In this document: in pieces, positions 1 to 9,683 of the stretch
How positions within the stretch are numbered: position 1 is the stretch's first letter
How the letters are laid out: each line of letters opens with the position of its first letter
Source: Isoptericola halotolerans
Lineage (GTDB): Bacteria; Actinomycetota; Actinomycetes; Actinomycetales; Cellulomonadaceae
Assembly (NCBI RefSeq): GCF_013149785.1
Contig: NZ_JABEZU010000001.1
Coordinates: 1,612,001-1,641,054 of the forward strand
Direction: 5' to 3'
DNA length: 29,054 nt
The notes under the pieces: generated by a model
What the model saw: the letters and a program-made list of their open reading frames with translations, nothing else
What the model was told of the DNA's origin: nothing
Database searches by the model: none
Program-made: the position numbers and the translations under genes

Positions 1-242
1 TGGTTGCCGATGTCCGGGGCGGCAGCGGTCACGAGCGCGGCGAGCGCCGTGATGAGCTTGCGCGCCTCGTCGAGGTCGAGGTGCTCGGCGGAGTCCTCCT
101 CCGCGAGGCCGCACTTGACGGCCGCGGCACTCATGAGGTGCACGGCGGCGGTGGTGATGACCTCGACGGCCGCGACGTCGGCGATGTCCCGGGTCGCTGC
201 GCCGGCGTCGGGTGCTGCGCCGGGCTCGGTGGTGTGGCTCAT
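1..242 (-). CDS. DUF1844-family protein (3' end runs off the window)
   Basis: Not in the ORF track. Manual minus-strand translation from ATG 242 gives MSHTTEPGAAPDAGAATRDIADVAAVEVITTAAVHLMSAAAVKCGLAEEDSAEHLDLDEARKLITALAALVTAAAPDIGN..., matching the actinobacterial DUF1844 protein usually found divergent from infC. A -10-like CAAGAT lies 7 nt upstream; an alternative ATG is at 251. Confidence 0.85.
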   Translation of the reverse strand, partial: MSHTTEPGAAPDAGAATRDIADVAAVEVITTAAVHLMSAAAVKCGLAEEDSAEHLDLDEARKLITALAALVTAAAPDIGN

Positions 243-277
243 GGGGTCCATCTTGGCACCTCTGCGGCGGACAGATG

Positions 278-316
278 CCCGAGGCCGGGCCCGCGCACGG
301 CGGGCCCGGCCTCGGG
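278..316. terminator. Perfect 17-bp GC-rich stem-loop downstream of catalase
   Basis: CCCGAGGCCGGGCCCGC-GCACG-GCGGGCCCGGCCTCGGG; no clear U-tract, which is common in actinobacteria. Confidence 0.6.
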
Positions 317-358
317 TGGGGGGTTCGCACCGGCGGGGGCCGGTGTCACGGGACGTCT

Positions 359-389
359 GCCTCAGGCGGCGCTGGTGGCCGCCTGAGGC
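359..389. terminator. 12-bp stem-loop immediately after the catalase stop
   Basis: GCCTCAGGCGGC-GCTGGTG-GCCGCCTGAGGC, 16 nt past the katA stop on the minus strand. Confidence 0.6.
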
Positions 390-405
390 CGCGGTTCCGC
401 TCCGG

Positions 406-1857
406 TCAGGCGGCGGCGACCTCGGTGCGGAGCTTGGCGCCCAGCTCGGCGTCGACGTTGGTCCAGTACTGGAAGAACCGCTCACGGATCTCGGCGATCG
501 TGATGGCCCGGCCCTGGCCGGTCAGGGTCTCCAGGAAGCGCGCCCTGGCGGCGTCGTCGAAGACCTCGCGGTAGAGCGTGCCGGCCTGGCCGAAGTCGTC
601 GTCCTCGGAGTGCAGGGTGTAGGCGGAGCGCAGCAGCTCGCCGTCGGTCTCCCAGCTGCCCTCGGAGGCGAGCGCCGGGTCCGCGGCCGGCCCACCGAAC
701 GAGTTCGGCGTGTAGACGGGGTGCTCGGGGCCGTTGAAGTGGTAAGCCATCGGGCCCTGGTGCATGTAGTTGCTCACCGGGGCGGCGTGCGGCTGGTTCA
801 CCGGCAGCTGGTTGAAGTTCGCGCCGATGCGGTGGCGGTGCGCGTCGTTGTACGCGAACACGCGGGCCATGAGCATCTTGTCCGGGGAGATGTCCGTGCC
901 GGGCACCTGGTTGCCGGGGGAGAACGCGGCCTGCTCGATCTCCGCGAAGAAGTTGCGCGGGTTGCGGTTGAGCGTGAACGTCCCGACCTTGATCAGGGGG
1001 TAGTCCGCGTGCGGCCAGACCTTGGTCATGTCGAACGGGTTGAACCGGTAGGTCTTGGCGTCCTCGTACGGCATGACCTGGACCTTGACGTCCCACGAGG
1101 GGTGCTCGCCCCGCTCGATCGCCTCGTACAGGTCGCGGCGGTAGTAGTCGGCGTCCTCGCCGGCGATGCGCTCGGCGTCGGCGGGCGACATGTGCTCCAC
1201 GCCCTGCTGGGAGATGAAGTGGTACTGCACCCAGAACCGCTCGCCGGCGGCGTTGATCCACTGGTAGGTGTGCGAGCCGTAGCCGTTGAGGTGACGCCAG
1301 GACTTCGACAGCCCGCGGTCGCCCATGAGGTAGGTCACCTGGTGGGCCGACTCCGGGGAGAGGGTCCAGAAGTCCCACTGCATGTCGGCGTCGCGCAGGC
1401 CGGAGGCACCGAGCCTCTTCTGCGAGTGGATGAAGTCGGGGAACTTCATCGCGTCGCGCAGGAAGAAGACCGGCGTGTTGTTGCCCACGACGTCGAGGTT
1501 GCCCTCGGTCGTGTAGAAGCGCAGGGCGAAGCCGCGCACGTCGCGCCAGGTGTCGGGCGAACCCTGCTCACCGGCGACGGAGGAGAAGCGCAGGACGGTC
1601 TCGGCCTTGGCCCCCGGCTGGAAGACCGCGGCGGAGGTGTACCGCGAGACGTCCTCGGTCACCTCGAACTCGCCGAAGGCGCCGCCGCCCTTGGCGTGGG
1701 GGTTGCGCTCCGGGACGCGCTCGCGGTTGAAGGAGGCGAGCTTCTCGACCAGGTACCGGTCGTGCAGGACGGTGGGGCCGTCGGGGCCGACGGTGAGGGA
1801 GTACTGGTCGCTGGTGACCGGCGTGCCGGTCTGCGTCGTCGTGAACGGGGTCGTCAT
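406..1857 (-). CDS. katA: Monofunctional small-subunit heme catalase (483 aa)
   Basis: [20 protein letters not shown] (distal His), [24 protein letters not shown] and proximal Tyr motif [11 protein letters not shown]. Start ATG 1857 (MTTPFTT) follows the RBS GAAAGGA. Confidence 0.97.
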   Translation of the reverse strand: MTTPFTTTQTGTPVTSDQYSLTVGPDGPTVLHDRYLVEKLASFNRERVPERNPHAKGGGAFGEFEVTEDVSRYTSAAVFQPGAKAETVLRFSSVAGEQGSPDTWRDVRGFALRFYTTEGNLDVVGNNTPVFFLRDAMKFPDFIHSQKRLGASGLRDADMQWDFWTLSPESAHQVTYLMGDRGLSKSWRHLNGYGSHTYQWINAAGERFWVQYHFISQQGVEHMSPADAERIAGEDADYYRRDLYEAIERGEHPSWDVKVQVMPYEDAKTYRFNPFDMTKVWPHADYPLIKVGTFTLNRNPRNFFAEIEQAAFSPGNQVPGTDISPDKMLMARVFAYNDAHRHRIGANFNQLPVNQPHAAPVSNYMHQGPMAYHFNGPEHPVYTPNSFGGPAADPALASEGSWETDGELLRSAYTLHSEDDDFGQAGTLYREVFDDAARARFLETLTGQGRAITIAEIRERFFQYWTNVDAELGAKLRTEVAAA

Positions 1858-1895
1858 GGACGTCCTTTCTCGGGGACTTCTGGGGGGTCGGGTGG

Positions 1896-2339
1896 TCAGT
1901 GGGCCGGGGCGCAGGCGGGGCACAGGCCCCAGAACGTCACCTCGGCGAGGTCGACGGCGAAGCCGTGCGTGTCGCCCGGCGTCAGGCAGGGAGAGTGACC
2001 GACGGTGCAGTCGACGTCGGCGACGACGCCGCAGCCGCGGCACACGATGTGGTGGTGGTTGTCACCCACGCGCCGCTCGTACCGTGCCGGGTGCCCGGCA
2101 GGTTCCATCCGGCGAAGGATGCCGGTGGCGGAGAGGGTGTTGAGGGAGTCGTAGACCGCCTGGACGGAGACGGTGCCGAGGTCGGCGCGCACGGCGCGGA
2201 CGACGTCGTCGGCGGTCGAGTGCTCGCGCCCGTCGAGCGCGCGCAGCACGGCGAGCCGCACACCGGTCACCCGCAGGCCGGCGCCGCGCAGGAGCTGGTG
2301 CTCCGTCGTCGGCGTCGTGGCGGGCGTCGTCGTGGACAT
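1896..2339 (-). CDS. Fur-family peroxide-responsive regulator (FurA/CatR type)
   Basis: [13 protein letters not shown]-terminus, SVQAVY helix, [11 protein letters not shown] and C-terminal FWGLCPAC zinc motifs; co-oriented directly upstream of catalase. Confidence 0.93.
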   Translation of the reverse strand: MSTTTPATTPTTEHQLLRGAGLRVTGVRLAVLRALDGREHSTADDVVRAVRADLGTVSVQAVYDSLNTLSATGILRRMEPAGHPARYERRVGDNHHHIVCRGCGVVADVDCTVGHSPCLTPGDTHGFAVDLAEVTFWGLCPACAPAH

Positions 2340-2345
2340 GTGCCC

Positions 2346-2375
2346 AGCCTAGGGCGTTCTCTGGAATCCTTCCAG
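2346..2375 (-). promoter_or_regulatory. Leaderless fur promoter (-10 TAGGCT) with palindromic operator CTGGAA-N3-TTCCAG
   Basis: TAGGCT (2351-2346) ends 6 nt before the ATG; a perfect inverted repeat at 2361-2375 lies just upstream of the -10. Confidence 0.65.
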
Positions 2376-2442
2376 CATGGAGTGCGTGACGCAGGCAACA
2401 GCGAGGTGGGCGCCGTCGGGTGGTCCGTGTCGGCCGGGATCG

Positions 2443-2451
2443 TGCTAGCCT
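2443..2451 (+). promoter_or_regulatory. Extended -10 promoter for infC-rpmI-rplT
   Basis: TG-C-TAGCCT (TGn-TAnnnT) about 250 nt upstream of infC. Confidence 0.55.
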
Positions 2452-2490
2452 CGTGTGTTGACCGACCCGACCGCACCGCGGCCGGGTGCA

Positions 2491-2665
2491 GCAAGTGGAG
2501 ACATCCCACCCGAGCACCGACGGGCGCGTGCCGAGCAGGCAGCGCCGACAGGGGCCGGGTTCGGTCGGACGGCTCGCGTCGTCCTGCCCCGGTCGTCGGC
2601 ACCTTCGTGCCCGACGTCGCCGGACCGATGGCCTCCACCTGTTCGTTCAGGTCGGGGGCCTTCCT
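2491..2665 (+). promoter_or_regulatory. Candidate L20-leader-like cis-regulatory RNA in the infC 5' UTR
   Basis: GCAAGTGGAG...TCCCACC motif (2491-2510) and a hairpin at 2630-2660 whose 5' arm can alternatively pair with 2491-2500. Confidence 0.5.
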
Positions 2666-2704
2666 CGTTCCTGACGGTCTGACGACGAGCTTAGGAGCAT
2701 CACC

Positions 2705-3448
2705 ATCAGCGAGCCTCGCATCAACGACCGGATCCGCGTTCCCGAGGTCCGGCTCATCGGCCCGGGCGGGGAACAGGTCGGCGTGGTTGCCACCGGGGTC
2801 GCCCTCAAGCTGGCGCAGGACGCCGACCTCGACCTCGTCGAGGTCGCGCCGGAGGCCCGGCCGCCCGTGGCCAAGCTCATGGACTTCGGCAAGTTCAAGT
2901 ACGAGTCGGACATGAAGGCGCGCGAGGCGCGCCGCAAGCAGGCGAACACCCTCCTCAAGGAGATCCGGTTCCGCCTGAAGATCGACCCGCACGACTACGC
3001 CACCAAGAAGGGTCACGTCGAGCGCTTCCTCTCGGCCGGCGACAAGGTCAAGGTCATGATCATGTTCCGTGGCCGCGAGCAGTCCCGCCCCGAGATGGGC
3101 GTGCGGCTGCTGCAGCGGCTCGCGGACGACGTGGCCGAGCTCGGCTTCGTCGAGTCCATGCCGAAGCAGGACGGTCGCAACATGACCATGGTCCTCGGGC
3201 CGGTGAAGAAGAAGGCGGAGGCCAAGAGCGAGCAGCGCAAGCGCTCTGCCGAGGTCAACGCCCAGCGCAAGACCAAGTCCGAGGTCAAGGCCGAGGCCCG
3301 CGCCAAGGCTGCGACGGAGGAGACGCCCGCCGCGAAGGAGGCGCCCGCCGAGGAGCAGGCCCCGGCGGCGGCGTCCAGCGCCCCGGAGCAGAGCGGGCCG
3401 ACTCCGGCGCCCCGGCCCAGCCCCACGCCGCGCCCGAAGGCCGGCTGA
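2705..3448 (+). CDS. infC: Translation initiation factor IF-3 (ATC start, 247 aa, Ala/Pro/Lys-rich C-terminal tail)
   Basis: The reading frame extends 5' of the track's start: AGGAG (2693-2697), 7 nt, ATC, then [19 protein letters not shown]...DLDLVEVAP...[10 protein letters not shown]...[10 protein letters not shown]. Confidence 0.96.
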   Translation: MSEPRINDRIRVPEVRLIGPGGEQVGVVATGVALKLAQDADLDLVEVAPEARPPVAKLMDFGKFKYESDMKAREARRKQANTLLKEIRFRLKIDPHDYATKKGHVERFLSAGDKVKVMIMFRGREQSRPEMGVRLLQRLADDVAELGFVESMPKQDGRNMTMVLGPVKKKAEAKSEQRKRSAEVNAQRKTKSEVKAEARAKAATEETPAAKEAPAEEQAPAAASSAPEQSGPTPAPRPSPTPRPKAG

Positions 3449-3549
3449 GGACGCGACAGACCATCTGGCACCGGGCCGGCGCACCGGCCGCGGTCAGCAT
3501 CACGTCCCTGCCCTCGGGTGGGTGACCGACACGAGGAGAGACGGCAGTC

Positions 3550-3744
3550 ATGCCGAAGAACAAGACGCACTCCGGCTCCAAGAAGCGCTTCCGGGTGACC
3601 GGCAAGGGCAAGCTCATGCGCGAGCAGACGAACGCTCGCCACTACCTCGAGCACAAGTCGAGCCGTCGTACGCGCCGGCTCGCCGTGGACCAGGACGTCG
3701 CACCCGCCGACGTCAAGCGAATCAAGAAGCTGCTCGGTAGGTGA
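3550..3744 (+). CDS. rpmI: 50S ribosomal protein L35
   Basis: [30 protein letters not shown]; lies between infC and rplT. Confidence 0.98.
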   Translation: MPKNKTHSGSKKRFRVTGKGKLMREQTNARHYLEHKSSRRTRRLAVDQDVAPADVKRIKKLLGR

Positions 3745-3806
3745 GCCCCGCCGGCGGCTGAGGCCGCCGGGAGCCATCTTCCGACCCGAACTGCAAGGAG
3801 CATCAC

Positions 3807-4190
3807 GTGGCACGCGTGAAGCGGGCGGTCAACGCCCACAAGAAGCGCCGTACGACCCTCGAGCGCGCCAGCGGCTACCGCGGCCAGCGTTCGCGCCTGT
3901 ACCGGAAGGCCAAGGAGCAGGTCACCCACTCCTTCGTCTACTCGTACCGCGACCGGAAGGCCAAGAAGGGCGACTTCCGCAAGCTGTGGATCCAGCGGAT
4001 CAACGCTGCGTCCCGCGCCGAGGGCCTCACCTACAACCGCTTCGTCCAGGGCCTCAAGGCCGCGGGCGTCGAGGTCGACCGCCGCATGCTCGCCGAGCTC
4101 GCGGTCAACGACATCGCCGCGTTCAACGCGCTGGTCCAGGTCGCGAAGAACGCCCTCCCCGAGGACGTCAACGCGCCCAAGGCCGCCTGA
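3807..4190 (+). CDS. rplT: 50S ribosomal protein L20
   Basis: [15 protein letters not shown]...[12 protein letters not shown]...[22 protein letters not shown] start. Confidence 0.98.
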   Translation: MARVKRAVNAHKKRRTTLERASGYRGQRSRLYRKAKEQVTHSFVYSYRDRKAKKGDFRKLWIQRINAASRAEGLTYNRFVQGLKAAGVEVDRRMLAELAVNDIAAFNALVQVAKNALPEDVNAPKAA

Positions 4191-4232
4191 GCCTGCGACG
4201 CACCGCCCGAACGCCCGGACAGCCCCCTGCCG

Positions 4233-5108
4233 ATGCCCCGCATCCCTGACGTGACCCTCGCCAACCCGCGAGCCGATCGCGTCAAGCAGGTCAGGGCGTT
4301 GTCCGGGCGTTCGGCGCGTTCCAAGCACGGACAGTTCCTCGTCGAGGGACCGCAAGGCGTGCGTGAGGCCGTGCGGCACGCCACGGGCGACGTCCGCGAC
4401 GTCTACCTCAGCCAGGCTGCCGCGGCGCGGTACGACGAGATCCTCGACGACGCGCTCGACGCCGGTCTGCGGGTCCGTGTCGGCGCGCCCGAGGTGCTGG
4501 ACGCGATGAGTCCCGACGGCCAGGGTGTCGTCGCGGTCCTGCGGGCACGCTCCTGGCCGCTCGCCGACGTCGTCGGTTCGTTGGCCGCCTCCCGGGACGA
4601 GGCGGGTCGGCCCCTGATGGTCGCCGTCCTGGCGACGGTGCGCGACCCCGGGAACGCGGGCACGGTGATCCGCGCGGCGGACGCCGCCGGCGCCGACCTG
4701 GTCGTCCTGGCCGGCGAGAGCGTCGACGTGCACAACCCGAAGGTGGTGCGCTCCACCGCCGGGTCGCTGTTCCACCTGCCGGTGGTGACGGGTCCGACGC
4801 TGGCCGAGACGGTGGCCGCACTCCGCGACGCCGGCTGCACGGTGCTGGCCGCCGACGGCGCGGGCGACCACGACCTCGACGACCTGCTCGACGTCGCCGG
4901 CCCGGTGGCCACCAGGGAGGCCGGCACCCCGGACCTCGCCGCGTCCACCGCGTGGGTCTTCGGGAACGAGGCGTGGGGACTTCCCGAGGCGGACCGGGAG
5001 CTGGCCGACGCCGTCGTCCGCGTGCCGATCCGTGGCCAGGCCGAGTCCCTCAACCTCGCGACCGCCGCCACCGTGTGCCTGTACGCCTCGGCCCGGGCGC
5101 AGCGCTGA
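4233..5108 (+). CDS. TrmH/SpoU-family RNA 2'-O-methyltransferase (TsnR-like)
   Basis: FLVEGPQ, RDPGNAGTVIRAADA, VFGNEAWGL and ESLNLATAA SPOUT motifs; conserved position between rplT and pheS. Start could be GTG 4251. Confidence 0.93.
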   Translation: MPRIPDVTLANPRADRVKQVRALSGRSARSKHGQFLVEGPQGVREAVRHATGDVRDVYLSQAAAARYDEILDDALDAGLRVRVGAPEVLDAMSPDGQGVVAVLRARSWPLADVVGSLAASRDEAGRPLMVAVLATVRDPGNAGTVIRAADAAGADLVVLAGESVDVHNPKVVRSTAGSLFHLPVVTGPTLAETVAALRDAGCTVLAADGAGDHDLDDLLDVAGPVATREAGTPDLAASTAWVFGNEAWGLPEADRELADAVVRVPIRGQAESLNLATAATVCLYASARAQR

Positions 5109-5311
5109 CCCCACGGGCAGCAGGACCTCGGCCCCGTCCCCGTGGCGAGCGCCGCCAGGGCGGCCGAGGCTCCGGTGATGATCGTGCGGTGCATGGCACC
5201 GTCCTCGCCTTCGGGGGCCGTGCACCTGTCGTTCGCCCCGGCGCGCCGGGTGGATGCACCTCGGCCGAACGAGGTCCGGGGGTCCTGGTTCGGCGGGCCT
5301 ACCATCGACGC

Positions 5312-5971
5312 GTGCGACTCTTCACGGCCGTGTACCCGTCCGCGCGGGCCCTGGCGCACCTCGACCTGGCGCTCGGCGGGGTGGGGCTCCACGCGGTGGC
5401 CGACCCGGGCAGCGGGTTGCGCTGGTTGCCGCGCGAGCAGCGGCACGTCACCCTCGTGTTCCACGGAGAGGTGCCCGACGGCGCGGTCCCCGCCTACGTC
5501 GACGCCCTGCACGCGGTGCTGGCAGGGATCGGGCCGTTCGAGCTGGACCTGGCCGGCAGCGGTACCTTCGGTGGCCGGACCCTGTGGGTCGGGCTGGGTG
5601 GCGACGTCGCCGTGCTGCGCGACCTGTCCGGCCACGTCGCCGACGCCGCCGGCACCGCGGGGCTGCCCGCCGGCGACCGCGCCGGGGGACGCCCGCACCT
5701 GACGGTGGCACGGGCGTCCGCCGCGCGCGTCGGTGCGGACCGCACCCGGCGGCGGGCGACGCGTCGGGCAGGTGCCGGACCGGGGGAGGGTGGCCAGGGG
5801 GCGCCGTTCACGCAGTGGTCGCGCGCCCTGACGGTCTACCGCGGGCCGGCGTGGGCGGTGACCGAGGTGGCCGTGGTCTCCTCGGCCCTGGGTGCCGGGC
5901 GCTCGGGCGGCCCGCTGCACACCCTCGAGGCCGTGGTCCCGCTGGGTGGGGCAGCAGCGGCGCGCCAGTAG
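5312..5971 (+). CDS. thpR: RNA 2',3'-cyclic phosphodiesterase (2H phosphoesterase, LigT/ThpR family)
   Basis: N-terminus (V/M)RLFTAVYP, two HxT motifs (RHVTLVF, PHLTVAR); -10 TACCAT (5300-5305) 6 nt before GTG 5312, i.e. leaderless. Confidence 0.85.
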   Translation: MRLFTAVYPSARALAHLDLALGGVGLHAVADPGSGLRWLPREQRHVTLVFHGEVPDGAVPAYVDALHAVLAGIGPFELDLAGSGTFGGRTLWVGLGGDVAVLRDLSGHVADAAGTAGLPAGDRAGGRPHLTVARASAARVGADRTRRRATRRAGAGPGEGGQGAPFTQWSRALTVYRGPAWAVTEVAVVSSALGAGRSGGPLHTLEAVVPLGGAAAARQ

Positions 5972-5974
5972 ACT
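5969..5974 (+). promoter_or_regulatory. Putative -10 (TAGACT) for pheST
   Basis: TAnnnT hexamer overlapping the thpR stop codon, about 40 nt upstream of pheS; GGAAGG RBS follows. Confidence 0.5.
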
Positions 5975-6000
5975 GGCCGCTGCTGATCTCCCACCTCTGA

Positions 6001-7079
<1,079 letters not shown>

Positions 7080-7080
<1 letters not shown>

Positions 7081-9683
7081 TGCCCCGCATCGTCACCGAC
7101 TGGCTCGCCGACCACGTCGAGCTGCCGGACGACCTCACTGCCGACCGGCTCGCCCACGACCTGGTCAAGGTCGGGCTCGAGGAGGAGGAGGTCCATCCCG
7201 CTGCCGTCTCCGGACCGCTCGTGGTGGGTCGTGTCCTCGAGCTCACCCCGGAGGAGCAGAAGAACGGCAAGACGATCAACTGGTGCCTGGTCGACGTCGG
7301 CCCGGAGCACAACGCCACGCAGATCAAGGGGGTCGACGACGCCGACGTCCCCACCGGTGGGGCGCGCGGCATCGTGTGCGGCGCGCACAACTTCGGCGTC
7401 GGTGACCTGGTCGCCGTCTCGCTGCCCGGGACGGTCCTGCCCGGCGGCTTCGAGATCGCCGCTCGCAAGACCTACGGTCACGTCTCGGACGGCATGATCT
7501 GCTCGACCGCCGAGCTGGGCATGGGTGACGACGGGGGGCACGGGATCCTCGTGCTCACCGAGGCCGGGTTCGACGCCGCGGACCTCGAGCCGGGCCAGGA
7601 CGCCGTCGAGCTGCTCGGCCTGGGCGACGAGGTCCTGGAGATCAACGTCACGCCGGACCGCGGGTACGCGTTCAGCTACCGCGGTGTGGCGCGCGAGTAT
7701 TCCCACTCCACGGGTGCCGTCTTCACCGATCGCGGTCTGCCCGAGTCCTTGCCGACGCCGCCGCCGGCGGCGACGTCCGACGGGTTCGCCGTCGAGGTGG
7801 ACGACGTCTCGCCCCTGGACGACCAGGTCGGCTGCGACCGGTTCGTCACCCGGATCGTGCGGGGCATCGATCCGTCGGCCCCGACGCCGGCGTGGATGAA
7901 GCGTCGCCTGGAGGGGTCGGGCATGCGGTCCATCTCCCTGGCTGTCGACGTGACCAACTACGTCATGCTCGACCTCGGCCAGCCGCTGCACGCCTACGAC
8001 CTGGACCAGGTCGCGGCGCCGATCGTCGTGCGCCGGGCGACGGCAGGGGAGCGGCTGACGACGCTCGACGACGTCGACCGTGCCCTGGACACCGAGGACC
8101 TGCTCATCACCGACTCGCCCGAGGGAGCCCGCGGAGCGCGGGTCCTCGGGCTGGCGGGCGTCATGGGTGGTGAGTCCTCCGAGGTCTCGACGGTGACCAC
8201 GGACGTGCTCGTCGAGGCCGCGCACTTCGACCCGGTCACCGTCGCGCGCACGGCCCGGCGTCACCGGCTGCCCTCGGAGGCGGCCAAGCGGTTCGAGCGC
8301 TGCGTCGACCCGCAGCTTCCGGCCGTCGCGGCGCAGCGCGCGGTCGACCTGCTGGTGGAGCTCGCGGGCGGCACGGCCGACGCTGCCGTCGGCGACCTGG
8401 ACCACACCGGTGCGCCGCCGCAGATGGCGCTGGACGTGACGCTCCCCTCACGGGTCGCGGGGGTGCCGTACACCCGTGACCAGGTGGTCGGCATCCTGCG
8501 CACCATCGGCTGCACGGTGACCGAGGGCGTGGCGGGTTACGTGAACGTCACGCCGCCGACCTGGCGCCCCGACCTGACCGAGCCGGTGACCTTCGTCGAG
8601 GAGATCCTGCGGGTCGCCGGCTACGACGAGATCCCCTCGGTGCTGCCTGCCGCCCCGGGCGGCCGGGGGCTGGACCTGTCCCAGCGCACCCGCCGCTCGG
8701 TCGCGCGGGCACTGGCGGAGGCGGGCCTGGTCGAGGTGCTGACCTACCCGTTCATCGGCGAGGCGGACCTCGACGCGCTCGGTCTGCCCTCCGCCGACCC
8801 CCGGCGCCGGGCGTTGCGGTTGGCCAACCCGCTGGCCGACGACAAGCCGCTGCTGCGCACCAACCTGCTGGTGACGCTGCTGGAGGCAGCGCGGCGCAAC
8901 GTCTCGCGCGGGCTGAGTGACGTCGCGGTCTTCGAGATCGGGCTCGTCACCCGCCCGGCGTCGGACGCCCCGCCCGCCCCGCAGCTCCCGGTGGCGGTGC
9001 GACCGACGCCTGCCGAGCTCGACCGGCTCGCGGCGGCGGTGCCCGACCAGCCGCGCCGGGTGGCCGGCGTGCTGACGGGCAACGCCTTGCCGGCCGGCTG
9101 GTGGGGCGAGGGCCGTCCGGTGGACTGGGCCGACGCCGTGGAGGCCGCCCGGCTGGTGGCCCACATCGCCGACGTCGAGGTCACCGTGGAGGCCGACGCC
9201 GACCACATGCCCTGGCATCCGGGGCGGTGCGCACGGATCACCCTGACCGACGGGACTCTCGTGGGCCATGCCGGCGAGCTGCACCCCAAGGTGCTCGAGT
9301 CGCTGGGGCTGCCGCCGCGCACCTGTGCGTTCGAGGTGGACCTGTCGGTGCTCCTGGACGCCGCCAGCGGCGACCCGGTGGTCGCGCGTCCGGTCTCGTC
9401 GTTCCCGGTGGCCAAGGAGGACTTCGCGTTCGTGGTCGACGCCGCCACCCCGGCTGCGGAGGTGCGTGCCGCCGTCGTCGCCGGCGGGGGCGACCTGCTG
9501 GAGGACGTCACGCTGTTCGACGTCTTCACCGGAGCCCAGGTCGGCGAGGGCAAGAAGTCGCTGGCCTACTCGCTGCGGCTGCGGGCCGCCGACCACACCC
9601 TGTCGGCCGACGAGGTGCGCGCGGTGCGGGACGCCGTCGTCGCCTCCGCTGCCGAGCGGGTGGGGGCCGAGCTGCGTGGCTGA
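7080..9683 (+). CDS. pheT: Phenylalanine--tRNA ligase beta subunit
   Basis: IVCGAHN, SDGMICS, TPDRGY, VDVTNYVMLDLGQPLHAYD, PTWRPDL, FDVFTG..GKKSLAY; TGATG-coupled to pheS. Confidence 0.99.

Noticed and set aside
4..1998. 664-aa plus-strand ORF
   Set aside because: Antisense shadow of katA and DUF1844; stop-poor frames are expected in high-GC coding DNA, and it has no recognisable motifs.
7300..7370. Short insertion in the PheT tRNA-binding region (EHNATQIKGVDDADVPTGG)
   Set aside because: A variable loop, too short and lacking the motifs of an intein or extra domain.
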